From NCBI GenBank assembly GCA_964404275.1, contig CAYOJH010000004.1:5172-69171 (forward strand): a stretch of 64,000 bases of DNA, given 5' to 3'. The notes under the pieces are model-generated. The model saw nothing but the letters and a program-made list of their open reading frames with translations, did no database searches and had not been told where the DNA came from. A program made the translations under genes and the position numbers. Numbering within the stretch: position 1 is the stretch's first letter; every line of letters begins with the position of its first letter. Origin of the DNA: an uncultured Gammaproteobacteria bacterium (GTDB lineage Bacteria; Patescibacteriota; Patescibacteriia; SG8-24; DYFX01). Of the stretch, positions 9,415 to 18,070 are shown in pieces.

Positions 9415-9705
9415 TTATGCGCTCATTTGCTGTAAGGTTGGCGCTTGGAACGACCGGACCCGCGAGGGTTCGGACGAGGCGGGTGCGGCGAAACGGCGGT
9501 CGATCGCGCGCAATCCGTACGCAAAGCCGGTGATAAGGAGCAGGGCAAGGGCCAGCGAGGGGAGAATTCCCGCTTCCCGGGGCTTCGCGCGTGAAAGAAC
9601 GATCTGACGCCGCTCGACGCTGTAAGGATGGAGTCCTCCGGCGACAAGCATGGCCTGAATGCGATTCAATGCATAAATGATACCAAAAAATCGGGCTTTC
9701 GTCAA
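9415..9705 (-). CDS. possible small membrane protein in the dacC-like/flippase intergenic region
   Basis: ORF with one TM segment; weak. Confidence 0.2.
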   Translation of the reverse strand: MTKARFFGIIYALNRIQAMLVAGGLHPYSVERRQIVLSRAKPREAGILPSLALALLLITGFAYGLRAIDRRFAAPASSEPSRVRSFQAPTLQQMSA

Positions 9706-9752
9706 ACGCGCGGGTTGAAAGACGGCGATGAAACGCGTACGCTGGAGCCGTT

Positions 9753-11201
9753 ATGTCGCGCACACGAGCCATCGCCAAAAATACGGTCATCCAGATCGCG
9801 GGCCGCGCCGTCGGCACCGTGCTCGGGCTGATCACGCTCGGCACCATGACGCGCGCGCTCGGAGCGGCCGGGTACGGCGCGTTCACGACCGTCACGAGCT
9901 TCCTGCAGTTTTTCGGCATCTTGGTCGACTTCGGACTTTCGCTTACGACCGTCGCGATGCTGTCCGAGCACGGCGCGGATCAAGATCGGATCGCCTCCAA
10001 CATCTTCACGCTGCGCATCGTCTCGGCCGCGATCTTTTTCGCGCTCGCGCCCTTGGCCGTACTGCTGTTTCCGTATTCGCATGAGATCAAGTCCGGCGTC
10101 TCGGTGGCGGCCGCTTCGTTTTTCCTGATCGCGGTCAACCAAGTGCTGACGAGCGTCCTGCAAAAAGAATTGCGGATGGCCCGCGCCGCGGTTGCGGAAG
10201 TGCTCGGCCGCCTCGGGCTCCTGGCGGGCACGCTCGCCGCCGCGTATTGGCATCTCGGTCTCCACTGGCTGCTCGCTTCGCTTGTGATCGGCAACGCGCT
10301 AACGGCGCTCTGCAACTGGCAGCTCGTCCGCACGCTCGTACGAACCTCGTGGCGTTTCGATTGGCCTGTTTGGAAAGACATCATCGATCGCTCCTGGCCG
10401 ATCGCGCTCTCGATCACCTTCAACTTGGTGTATCTCAAAGGCGACGTGATCGCGCTCTCGCTCACGCGCTCGCAAGCGGAAGTCGGCGTCTACGGCGCCG
10501 CCTACAAAATCCTCGACGTGCTGACCGTCATTCCGATCATGTTCATGGGCCTCGTGCTGCCATTGCTCGTGAAAGCGCGGCATGAAAAGAACGAGCACGA
10601 CTGGAAGCGCATCATGCAGAAAGCCTTTGATTTCATGGCACTTTTGGCGATGCCGCTCGTGGCCGGCACGATCGTGGTCGGTCCCGCCATGATGCGGCTC
10701 TTCGCCGGAGGCGACTTCGGCGACTCAGGACGGCTGCTGCAAATCCTGATCCTGGCCTGCGCCGCCGTCTTCTTCGGTTCGTTCTTCGGACACGCCATCA
10801 TCGCCGCGCGGAAACAGCGCTCGATGGTCTGGGGCTACGCGATCGACGCGATCCTGGCGACCGCGCTGTATGCGCTGACGGTCCCGACCCACGGGCCGAT
10901 CGCCGCCGCCTGGGTGACGGTCGCATCCGAAGTCTTCATCGCCTGCGCGACCTTCTTCGTCGTCTGGCGCGCCACGAAATTCGCCCCGTCGCTGCGCGCC
11001 GCCTTCCGCGCCGCCGTTGCCGCGATCCTCATGGCCGCCGTGATCGCCGGCCTGCCGCCCGCCATGCACGTGCTTTTCAAAATTATCATCGGCGCAGGTC
11101 TTTATGCCGGTCTCGCGCTGCTCCTGCGCGCTGTTTCGATTTCCACGTTGAAAGAATTGCTTGGTCGCGGCCAGCCCGAAATTCCGCCGGCGCTCGGTTG
11201 A
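9753..11201 (+). CDS. polysaccharide biosynthesis protein / oligosaccharide flippase (Wzx-like, MOP superfamily)
   Basis: ~12-14 TM helices, typical Wzx N-terminus. Confidence 0.7.
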   Translation: MSRTRAIAKNTVIQIAGRAVGTVLGLITLGTMTRALGAAGYGAFTTVTSFLQFFGILVDFGLSLTTVAMLSEHGADQDRIASNIFTLRIVSAAIFFALAPLAVLLFPYSHEIKSGVSVAAASFFLIAVNQVLTSVLQKELRMARAAVAEVLGRLGLLAGTLAAAYWHLGLHWLLASLVIGNALTALCNWQLVRTLVRTSWRFDWPVWKDIIDRSWPIALSITFNLVYLKGDVIALSLTRSQAEVGVYGAAYKILDVLTVIPIMFMGLVLPLLVKARHEKNEHDWKRIMQKAFDFMALLAMPLVAGTIVVGPAMMRLFAGGDFGDSGRLLQILILACAAVFFGSFFGHAIIAARKQRSMVWGYAIDAILATALYALTVPTHGPIAAAWVTVASEVFIACATFFVVWRATKFAPSLRAAFRAAVAAILMAAVIAGLPPAMHVLFKIIIGAGLYAGLALLLRAVSISTLKELLGRGQPEIPPALG

Positions 11202-11244
11202 CGCGAACGCGTTTTCGTGCCAGGCTCCCGCCAGGAGGTGCGAC

Positions 11245-11604
11245 ATGGCCGCAGAAAACATCGAGGAGGAGATGCGCACGCTTACGGCTCAGCGCAAGAA
11301 ACGGGAAGAGCAGTGCAAGCAGCTCTTCCAGGACGGACGGTCGCCGCGCGAACGGCTCTCGCTGCTGGGCGACGTGCTGAACAGCCTGATCGACGAGCAC
11401 AACGCGACCACCGAGGTGTACGCCATGATTCCGGCGACCCGACATATCCAGGTCTCTCTCAAGGATCTGGCAGCGGTCGATGCCTGGTGGAACGGCGGCG
11501 ACATCGAGGAGCTGCTCAAGCACTTCTCCCCGCGCACGCCCTACGATCCGGGAATGATCTGCGGCTGCTTGCCGCGCCGTCCCGAAACTCCGACCGCCGC
11601 CTGA
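11245..11604 (+). CDS. hypothetical small protein
   Basis: RBS GGAGGT before ATG 11245. Confidence 0.4.
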   Translation: MAAENIEEEMRTLTAQRKKREEQCKQLFQDGRSPRERLSLLGDVLNSLIDEHNATTEVYAMIPATRHIQVSLKDLAAVDAWWNGGDIEELLKHFSPRTPYDPGMICGCLPRRPETPTAA

Positions 11605-11660
11605 TGCCGGCGGTTTTTTCTTTCCTTGAAGCCGAGGACCGATGCAGGTACCGTGATGCC

Positions 11661-12758
11661 ATGCCGTCCATCTTGTTTTTCTCGTTCCCCTACGCCTCTT
11701 CCCGCGGCGGCGGCGAGCGCTATACCGAGCAAACCGTCGAAGGACTTTTGCGCGCCGGAGGCGACGTGACGCTCGTCTCCTCTTCCGAGGCGCTGCTCTC
11801 CGCCTTCGTGTCCAAAAAATGGAAGGTTGTGCCGCTCTGGCTCGGCGTCGAGCCCGTCACGGCTTGGTCGGCGGCGATCTTTCCGCTCTTCGCCATCGTC
11901 GCCTGGCCGATTCTTTTTTTCCTGCTGGCCTGGTTCCGCTGGGCGAAAGGCGTGCGCACGATCGTCTGCCTTTCGATGATCGATAAGCTGCTCGCGACGC
12001 CGATCGCGCGACTCTTCGGCCTGCGCGTCGTCTGGATGGAGCATCTCGTGGCCGGGCGTTCGCTGCGTTTGAATCCGTTTCGTGGATTGTATGTTGCGCT
12101 GTCGAAACGCGTGCGCATCGTGACGGTCTCGGAAGCCGCCGCCGCTTCCTACGCCCAGCTCGGCGTGCCGCGCGATCGTATCGCCGTCATTTCTCCCGGC
12201 GTAGCATCGCTCGCCGCGCAGCCGCCGCGCCGCGCAGGACACGTCATCGGCGCGATCTCGCGTTTCAGCCGCGAAAAGAATGTCGCCTTGCTCCTCAAAG
12301 CCTTCGCGGAAGTTTTGAAATCCATCCCCGACGCGACGCTTGAAATCTACGGCGACGGTCCGGAACGCGCAGCCCTAAAAAAGCTGGCGCAGGATCTCGG
12401 AATCACCGAACAAGCGCATTTCCATGGATATGTAGAACGCATCGGCGATCGTTGCGCCTTCGATGTGCTGGCCGTGCCTTCCTCGCGCGAATCGTTCGGC
12501 ATGGCGGCACTCGAAACGATGCGCTGCGGAATCCCCGTCGTCGCCACGCGCGCGGGTGGGTTGCCGGAAGTCATCGCCGACGGCGAAACGGGAATCGTGG
12601 TTCCGCCTGATGACGCGGCGGCGATGTCGGAAGCGCTCGTCGCGCTCATGAAAGATCCCGCGCGCGCGGCGCACCTGGGCGCGGCCGGGCGCGAACGCGC
12701 GGCGCGCATGTTCAGCGAAGAAAAAATGCAACAGGCATGGACAACGCTCTTGTCGTAG
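11661..12758 (+). CDS. glycosyltransferase family 4 (GT-B, RfaG-like)
   Basis: C-terminal GT4 motifs (SxxESFGMAALETMRCGIPVVATRAGGLPEVI..GETG). Confidence 0.8.
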   Translation: MPSILFFSFPYASSRGGGERYTEQTVEGLLRAGGDVTLVSSSEALLSAFVSKKWKVVPLWLGVEPVTAWSAAIFPLFAIVAWPILFFLLAWFRWAKGVRTIVCLSMIDKLLATPIARLFGLRVVWMEHLVAGRSLRLNPFRGLYVALSKRVRIVTVSEAAAASYAQLGVPRDRIAVISPGVASLAAQPPRRAGHVIGAISRFSREKNVALLLKAFAEVLKSIPDATLEIYGDGPERAALKKLAQDLGITEQAHFHGYVERIGDRCAFDVLAVPSSRESFGMAALETMRCGIPVVATRAGGLPEVIADGETGIVVPPDDAAAMSEALVALMKDPARAAHLGAAGRERAARMFSEEKMQQAWTTLLS

Positions 12759-14014
12759 CGGTCATCGCCAGCGCGGCGCTCCTGCCATTCGAACGCCTCG
12801 GCGCCTTCACGCTCGCCGGCGTCAACATCCGGCCGAGCCAGATCGCGCTCGCGATCGCTTGGCTGCTTTGGATCAGGCTCTGGCTCCTCGGCCGGACGAA
12901 ACTCGCTTGGCGCCGTCCCTCCCTCCTCGCGCTGGCCGGTTTTTTCGCGGTCGCGGGCCTTTCGCTGTTGAACGCGGAAAATCTTCCGCGCTCCCTCGTC
13001 GTGCTCGGCTTCACGCTCTTCACCGCCTCGCTCGCGCTCTTGCTTCCCAACGTCATCAAAGACGAGCGCGCCTTCAAGCGCATCCGCGTCGCCATTGTGC
13101 TCTCCGCCGCGCTCGTCTCCTTGCTCGGCCTCTGGCAATTCGTGGCCGACATGCTCGGCGCGCCGCTTTGGATGACCGGATTGCGCGAGACCTATTCGCG
13201 CGCGATCCTCGGCTTCACGCGCGTGCAAGGCGCCTCGGCCGAGCCGCTCTATTTCGCCGACTACCTGCTGCTGCCCATCTCCTTGGTCGTCACCTGGTTG
13301 TTGCGCCATGACGCAAAAACTGACGGCCGTCGGTTTTTGCGCCCCGTGCAAATCCTGCTCGTCGCCATGTTGATTGACGTTTTCCTCACCGCTTCGCGCG
13401 GCGGCTGGCTCGGCCTCGGCGTGACACTCGTCGTGCTGTTGTGGTGCGAACGGAAGCGCTTGAAGGATTGGCGGCCGATCGCGCGGGCGGGCGGAATCGC
13501 CGTCGCGGCGCTCTCGCTTGGCGTGCTTCTGCTCGGAAGTTTCTTTTCTCCGACGCGCGAAACGGTGACGGATATTTTCTTCACCCACGTCACCAACATC
13601 ACGGGCGGCGCGGCGTATGACGACCGCGCGCAAACGATCTCCGCCGCGCTCGACGCCTGGCGCGCGCATCCTTGGATCGGCGTCGGCTTCGGCGGCTACG
13701 GCCCGTTCGTCTCGACCTTCGCCTTCGCCAAACCGGATGCAGGCTGGCCGATCGTGAATAATGAAACGTTGGAACTGCTCGCCGAAACGGGAGTATTTGG
13801 ACTTGTTGCCTTTCTGATCTTCCTCGTCACGCTTATGCATGAAACCAGCGGGCGGCGCAGGCGATATCCGCAGGAGGCAACACGCATCGCTTGCCTCGCG
13901 GCGCTGGCAGGCATGTTGGCGCAGTACCAGACCTTCTCAACCTTGTATATCATGCATGTGTGGTTTACGATCGGCCTGCTTTTAGCCGCGTCTGAGGCTG
14001 GAAAACCGGCTTGA
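12737..14014 (+). CDS. O-antigen ligase / Wzy_C-family membrane protein; carries an in-frame copy of the 36-bp palindromic repeat
   Basis: multi-TM, periplasmic loop with RGGWLGLG; repeat encodes HDAKTDGRRFLRP. Confidence 0.6.
   Translation: MDNALVVAVIASAALLPFERLGAFTLAGVNIRPSQIALAIAWLLWIRLWLLGRTKLAWRRPSLLALAGFFAVAGLSLLNAENLPRSLVVLGFTLFTASLALLLPNVIKDERAFKRIRVAIVLSAALVSLLGLWQFVADMLGAPLWMTGLRETYSRAILGFTRVQGASAEPLYFADYLLLPISLVVTWLLRHDAKTDGRRFLRPVQILLVAMLIDVFLTASRGGWLGLGVTLVVLLWCERKRLKDWRPIARAGGIAVAALSLGVLLLGSFFSPTRETVTDIFFTHVTNITGGAAYDDRAQTISAALDAWRAHPWIGVGFGGYGPFVSTFAFAKPDAGWPIVNNETLELLAETGVFGLVAFLIFLVTLMHETSGRRRRYPQEATRIACLAALAGMLAQYQTFSTLYIMHVWFTIGLLLAASEAGKPA
13309..13342. repeat. copy 2 of the palindromic repeat (slightly degenerate) located inside a CDS, in frame
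   Basis: TGACGCAAAAACTGACGGCCGTCGGTTTTTGCGC. Confidence 0.75.
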
Positions 14015-14059
14015 CAAAAGATGTAACATTTGTTACATTAAATGTAACACTTGTTACAT
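14011..14059 (+). promoter_or_regulatory. promoter (TTGACA-N17-TACATT) overlapped by two tandem 18-bp palindromic operators ATGTAACAnnTGTTACAT spaced 21 bp apart
   Basis: perfect 8-bp inverted arms repeated twice, AT-rich, directly upstream of the HTH gene. Confidence 0.6.
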
Positions 14060-14308
14060 ATGTCCAAAAAACTCCTCTCACCCACCGAAGTTGCAAGCAT
14101 GCTGGGGATCAGCCGGGTGCACGTCTGGCGGAAGATCCAATCAGGCGAAATTCAAGCCGAGAAAGTCGGCAGTCGTTATGTCGTGCCTGCCGATCAGTTC
14201 AAAACGCTTCAACCTTCCGATCCGGTAAGCGAGAATGAAATCGCAAAGGCCGTGAAGAGGGTCGTAAAGGAATACGGCACCACGCTGAAGAAGCTCGGGG
14301 CCGAGTGA
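14060..14308 (+). CDS. helix-turn-helix DNA-binding protein (excisionase/MerR-like HTH_17), putative antitoxin/autoregulator
   Basis: LSPTEVASMLGISRVHVWRKIQSGEI HTH; 2 nt upstream of a Doc-type toxin gene; low GC. Confidence 0.6.
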   Translation: MSKKLLSPTEVASMLGISRVHVWRKIQSGEIQAEKVGSRYVVPADQFKTLQPSDPVSENEIAKAVKRVVKEYGTTLKKLGAE

Positions 14309-14309
14309 T

Positions 14310-14732
14310 ATGACCCGCAGGCTCAATATTGATCATGTCCGTTTCTTGGCGCACGAGCTCGCGCAACGGCTCATGGAGTGGGGTGAACCCATTCCGCCGT
14401 TTGAAACACGTTATCCGGAAAAGCTGGAATCCTGCCTAACGACGCCGTTCGCGACATATGACAAGAAGGAACTCTACCCGACGCTTGAAGAAAAATCCGC
14501 GATCCTGTTCTATTTGATGATCAAAAATCACCCTTTCAAAAACGGGAATAAAAGGGTGGCAGTGACAACTCTTCTTGTTTTTCTCTCCGCCAACGGAAAA
14601 TGGATGAAAGTCGATGAGCAGCAGCTCTATTCTTTCGCCAAGTGGGTGGCGGAGAGCTTGCCGAGTTTGAAAGACGCGACAGTCTTCGCCGTTATTGACT
14701 TCTTAAAAAAACAGATCGTAAACGCTGCATGA
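14310..14732 (+). CDS. Doc/Fic-family toxin (death-on-curing-like)
   Basis: Doc-type motif HPFKNGNKRVAVT; ~140 aa; low GC relative to flanks. Confidence 0.7.
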   Translation: MTRRLNIDHVRFLAHELAQRLMEWGEPIPPFETRYPEKLESCLTTPFATYDKKELYPTLEEKSAILFYLMIKNHPFKNGNKRVAVTTLLVFLSANGKWMKVDEQQLYSFAKWVAESLPSLKDATVFAVIDFLKKQIVNAA

Positions 14733-15940
14733 CCCTCCTCACCGTCGCCTTCATCGCTTTCGCGCTCCTCGCCTGGAAAAATCTCCGCGCGGCTTTTTTG
14801 CTGTTCGTGGCCGCGCTGCCCACCTACGTGATTCGTTTCCAGGTCGGCCCCTTGCCGACGACGGCGCTCGAAATCCTGTTCGCGATCCTCTTCGCCGCCT
14901 GGATGCTGAAGCGCGAGAAACGCCTGATCGACATCAAAGGCTGGGGCTGGCTGCTGCTCGCCTGGATCGCCGTCGCGACGGTTTCGCTCTTCGTCTCCCC
15001 CGATTTTCGCGCGGCGGCCGGCGTCTGGAAAGCCTATTTCATCGAGCCTATCCTCTTCTTCCTGATCGCCAACGACCTGCTACGCACGCAAGCGGACCGC
15101 GAGGCGGCCGTGCATTCGCTGGCCTGGTCGGCGATCGCGATTTCGATTCCAGCCATCCTCCAGCATTGGACGAACTGGGGCGTGCCGCCTCCCTGGAACC
15201 TGCCGGGACAGGAGCGTTCGACCTCGATCTACGGCTATCCGAACGCGACGGGTTTGTTCCTGGCGCCGATCGTTCCGCTGTTTTTCAAAAAGAAACCGCT
15301 GCACCTTATCGCGCTCGCCTGCTCGCTGGCCGCGATCGTGTTGGTGCAATCCGAAGGCGCGATCGTCGGCCTGATCGCCGCGACCGGCGTCTTCCTGCTG
15401 TGCTTCAAAGAGACGCGCAAGCGCGCGCTCGCCGTCGGCGCGATCCTGGCCGTCGTGATTTTTGCCGTTCCCGCTACCCGCGCGGTCGCGATCGAAAAAC
15501 TCACGCTGAACGATTGGTCCGGCCGCGTGCGCAAAGAGATGTGGGGCGAAACCATGAACATGCTGAAAGATCACGCCGTGTTCGGCGCGGGCCTCTCCGG
15601 CTACCCGATCGTCTTCAACCCCTATCACAAAGCGCGGCACATCGAGATCTTCCAATATCCGCATGACATTCTCTTGAACTTCTGGGTCGAGACCGGCTTA
15701 GCCGGCGTGCTCGTGTTCTTCCTTCTGGTCGGACAGGATCTTCAAACCATCCGCAGTCTCATGAAGCGCGATCCTCGCCTGCGCGCCTGGTGCGCGATGC
15801 TCTTCGCTTCGATGACGGCGCTGCTCGTCCACGGCCTGGTCGACGTCCCCTATTTCAAAAACGATCTCTCGATGCTGTTCTGGCTCTTGCTCGCCTTCGC
15901 CGCCTCGAGCTTGGCCGAAACGAAAACGCCGCCCCGTTAG
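14729..15940 (+). CDS. O-antigen ligase / polymerase-family (Wzy_C-like) membrane protein
   Basis: multi-TM with large periplasmic loop; second paralog in the locus. Confidence 0.6.
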   Translation: MTLLTVAFIAFALLAWKNLRAAFLLFVAALPTYVIRFQVGPLPTTALEILFAILFAAWMLKREKRLIDIKGWGWLLLAWIAVATVSLFVSPDFRAAAGVWKAYFIEPILFFLIANDLLRTQADREAAVHSLAWSAIAISIPAILQHWTNWGVPPPWNLPGQERSTSIYGYPNATGLFLAPIVPLFFKKKPLHLIALACSLAAIVLVQSEGAIVGLIAATGVFLLCFKETRKRALAVGAILAVVIFAVPATRAVAIEKLTLNDWSGRVRKEMWGETMNMLKDHAVFGAGLSGYPIVFNPYHKARHIEIFQYPHDILLNFWVETGLAGVLVFFLLVGQDLQTIRSLMKRDPRLRAWCAMLFASMTALLVHGLVDVPYFKNDLSMLFWLLLAFAASSLAETKTPPR

Positions 15941-16116
15941 GAGGCGGCGTTTTTTTGCAGGCAGGACGTGCACCACATGTTGTCCATCGGCTGGGCGTGC
16001 CCGCAGTCTTCGCATTTGCAGGTTCCTTCCGCGCACGTCATCGGCATTTTGCAGTCCTTGCACTTCGCGGCGTCGGCGGGAAAATCCATCCCGCAGGCCG
16101 CGCACTTCATGGTCAT
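15937..16116 (-). CDS. small Cys-rich (multiple CxxC) metal-binding/zinc-ribbon-like protein
   Basis: MTMKCAACGMDF...CKDCKMPMTCAEGTCKCEDCGH...CTSC; 12 Cys in 59 aa. Confidence 0.4.
   Translation of the reverse strand: MTMKCAACGMDFPADAAKCKDCKMPMTCAEGTCKCEDCGHAQPMDNMWCTSCLQKNAAS
15941..15962. terminator. bidirectional terminator
   Basis: cgccgcc-ccgttagga-ggcggcg + T7. Confidence 0.55.
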
Positions 16117-16224
16117 AAGTCGTTGATACATTCTTGCCCACAGCATAGCCAAAGCTTGACGCAAGGGCAAATGCGGGATCTTTACGATTCCGTCGCCGCG
16201 TGCTAGATTGCGGCAGTCAACCGT

Positions 16225-16315
16225 GGAGAGATGGCTGAGCGGTTGAAGGCGACGGTCTCGAAAACCGTTAGACCTCAAAAGGGTCTCGTGAGTTCGAATC
16301 TCACTCTCTCCGCCA
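16225..16315 (+). tRNA. tRNA-Ser (anticodon CGA), type II
   Basis: acceptor GGAGAGA/TCTCTCC, anticodon loop CTCGAAA, long variable arm, GCCA end. Confidence 0.85.
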
Positions 16316-16391
16316 AAAGGCGCCGGGCAGATCCCGGCGTTTTTTGCATGAAAAAACCCGCGTGGCGCATGCCCCGAGCGGAGTCGAGGGG

Positions 16392-17129
16392 TCAGCGCGC
16401 GCGGGTTTTGAGGAAAATCGCCTTTTCCCGGTCGACGGCGATCGGAACGGCGCAGAGCAAGTAATCCTGCAGCGCCTGGCCGTAGAGATCGATCGTCGCC
16501 TTGTCGTCTCCGATGAAGCCGGCCGCCAGATACTCCAGCGTGCGGAAGAACGTGTCGACGACCAAGCCGTCGAAGATCTTCTCGCCTTCGAGGCTCGTTC
16601 CGCGCGCGAACCGGACGTTCAACAGCTTGGGCAGCGTCTCGAGCAGCGGTTTGCGCAGCGGATCGAGTTGCTCGCGCAGAGCCTTGTGCGTTTTGTTCGT
16701 GAGGTGCCGATCTGGCGCGGAGACCATCTGTCCGGCGAAGGTCGGAAGCACGCCCGAATCATGCGGGCAGCGCTCCTGCAGCATCCGCATGATGTCCGGC
16801 AGGAACGCATAGCTGCGATAGCTGTCGTACGTCTCTTGCAACATCCAGTCCGGACATTCGAACGGCTTGGCCGGATCGATGAAGAGCACGCGCGGCCGGA
16901 AGATGCCGGTCAATCGATAGGCCAGATGCGCCAGCTCGATATCGTTCTTGCGACCGTAGTCGGCGCGCACGCGCAGCGATCCGTCCTCGTCGGCATTATC
17001 GATCAGCGCGATGAACTCGCGGAAATAATGCGGCACGCTGTAACGCGCACGCACGCCCGGATCCTTGGCCTGCCGGCCGACCCACTCGCCGAACGCGCGC
17101 AGACCTTCGTTGAGACCGTTGACATACAT
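16392..17129 (-). CDS. hypothetical protein
   Basis: RBS AAAGGAG 8 nt before ATG (MYVNGL...); track's + strand ORF 16344..18074 is its antisense shadow. Confidence 0.45.
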   Translation of the reverse strand: MYVNGLNEGLRAFGEWVGRQAKDPGVRARYSVPHYFREFIALIDNADEDGSLRVRADYGRKNDIELAHLAYRLTGIFRPRVLFIDPAKPFECPDWMLQETYDSYRSYAFLPDIMRMLQERCPHDSGVLPTFAGQMVSAPDRHLTNKTHKALREQLDPLRKPLLETLPKLLNVRFARGTSLEGEKIFDGLVVDTFFRTLEYLAAGFIGDDKATIDLYGQALQDYLLCAVPIAVDREKAIFLKTRAR

Positions 17130-17196
17130 GCAAAGAGCTCCTTTCGCGATCGAGCGCATCCCAACACGCGGAAGCCGCCGCGTCAAGGTGTGGGCC

Positions 17197-17268
17197 GTCA
17201 TTCCGACCGAGCGAAGCGAGCGGAGGAAACCCTCCGGAGGGATCCCTCGGCTGCGCTCGGGATGACAA
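17197..17268. repeat. REP-like element (GTCATTCC...GGGATGACA variant)
   Basis: shares GTCATTCC / CGGGATGACAAAAAA ends with the REP family at 748, 34989, 42264. Confidence 0.5.
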
Positions 17269-17283
17269 AAAATCCCGGCGAGG
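17255..17283 (-). terminator. Rho-independent terminator for 17289..17984
   Basis: minus-strand hairpin aatcccgcctcgccgggatt + T6. Confidence 0.55.
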
Positions 17284-17288
17284 CGGGA

Positions 17289-17984
17289 TTAGTTCGGACG
17301 GCGCTCGAGCTCTTGCTCGAAGTCCTGCCGGAAGCGCTTGATGTCTTCGGGCGAGAGCGTGGCGAGCTGCTGGCGATCGATGATCTTCCAGCGCGTGCAG
17401 ACGCGCATCATGGCCGCGTGCCGGCGCTTGACCTCCTCGAGATGCGCGAGCCGGCAGAGGTACGTGTAGCCGAAGCCGTCCACGAACGGCACGAGCTTGG
17501 CCGGATGATCGAACTGCGCGCGGATCACGAGCAGCATCGCGGGCTGGCGGATCGGCATCAGCGCGTCGGGGCTCGGAAACGTCGCCTCGACCGAACGCGT
17601 GAACAGCTTCTCGGACAGCTCGTAGTCGATCCGGTCGCGCTCACCGCCGACGAAGGCCTGCGGATCGGCCGCGCGGACTCTGGCGTCCGTCGCGGCGATG
17701 AAGGCCTTAGCGTCCTCGACGGACACCTGCGCGTCCCAGAGAAGCGATCCGTTCCGACCGAGCGGAATGAGGTACGGATCGGCGTGCACGACCTCGTCGT
17801 GCCGCGCCATGACGTGCATCTGCCTGGCGCCGAAAATGGCGGAAACGCAGACGAACATCGTCTTCGGTTCGGTCGCGGCGATGAACAGGATCGGCCCTTC
17901 CGGAACCGTCCGGCCGAAGCAGCGCGTCAGGTCGAACAGATCGTCGATCAGCGCATCGGTCAAATCCGGCAGTTCTTGGCGCAT
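17289..17984 (-). CDS. hypothetical protein
   Basis: ORF from MRQELPDLTD...; no recognisable domain. Confidence 0.45.
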   Translation of the reverse strand: MRQELPDLTDALIDDLFDLTRCFGRTVPEGPILFIAATEPKTMFVCVSAIFGARQMHVMARHDEVVHADPYLIPLGRNGSLLWDAQVSVEDAKAFIAATDARVRAADPQAFVGGERDRIDYELSEKLFTRSVEATFPSPDALMPIRQPAMLLVIRAQFDHPAKLVPFVDGFGYTYLCRLAHLEEVKRRHAAMMRVCTRWKIIDRQQLATLSPEDIKRFRQDFEQELERRPN

Positions 17985-18070
17985 GGGCTTCCTCCTTGGA
18001 AGGTCCTGCTCCACCTGTACGTTTTTTCCCGCAAAAAGTCAATTCTGTTATACTTTCCCATATCCCGCCT

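Noticed and set aside
12347-13840. 497-aa minus-strand ORF
   Set aside because: Antisense to the GT4 and O-antigen-ligase-like genes; Arg/Asp/Glu-rich low-complexity translation
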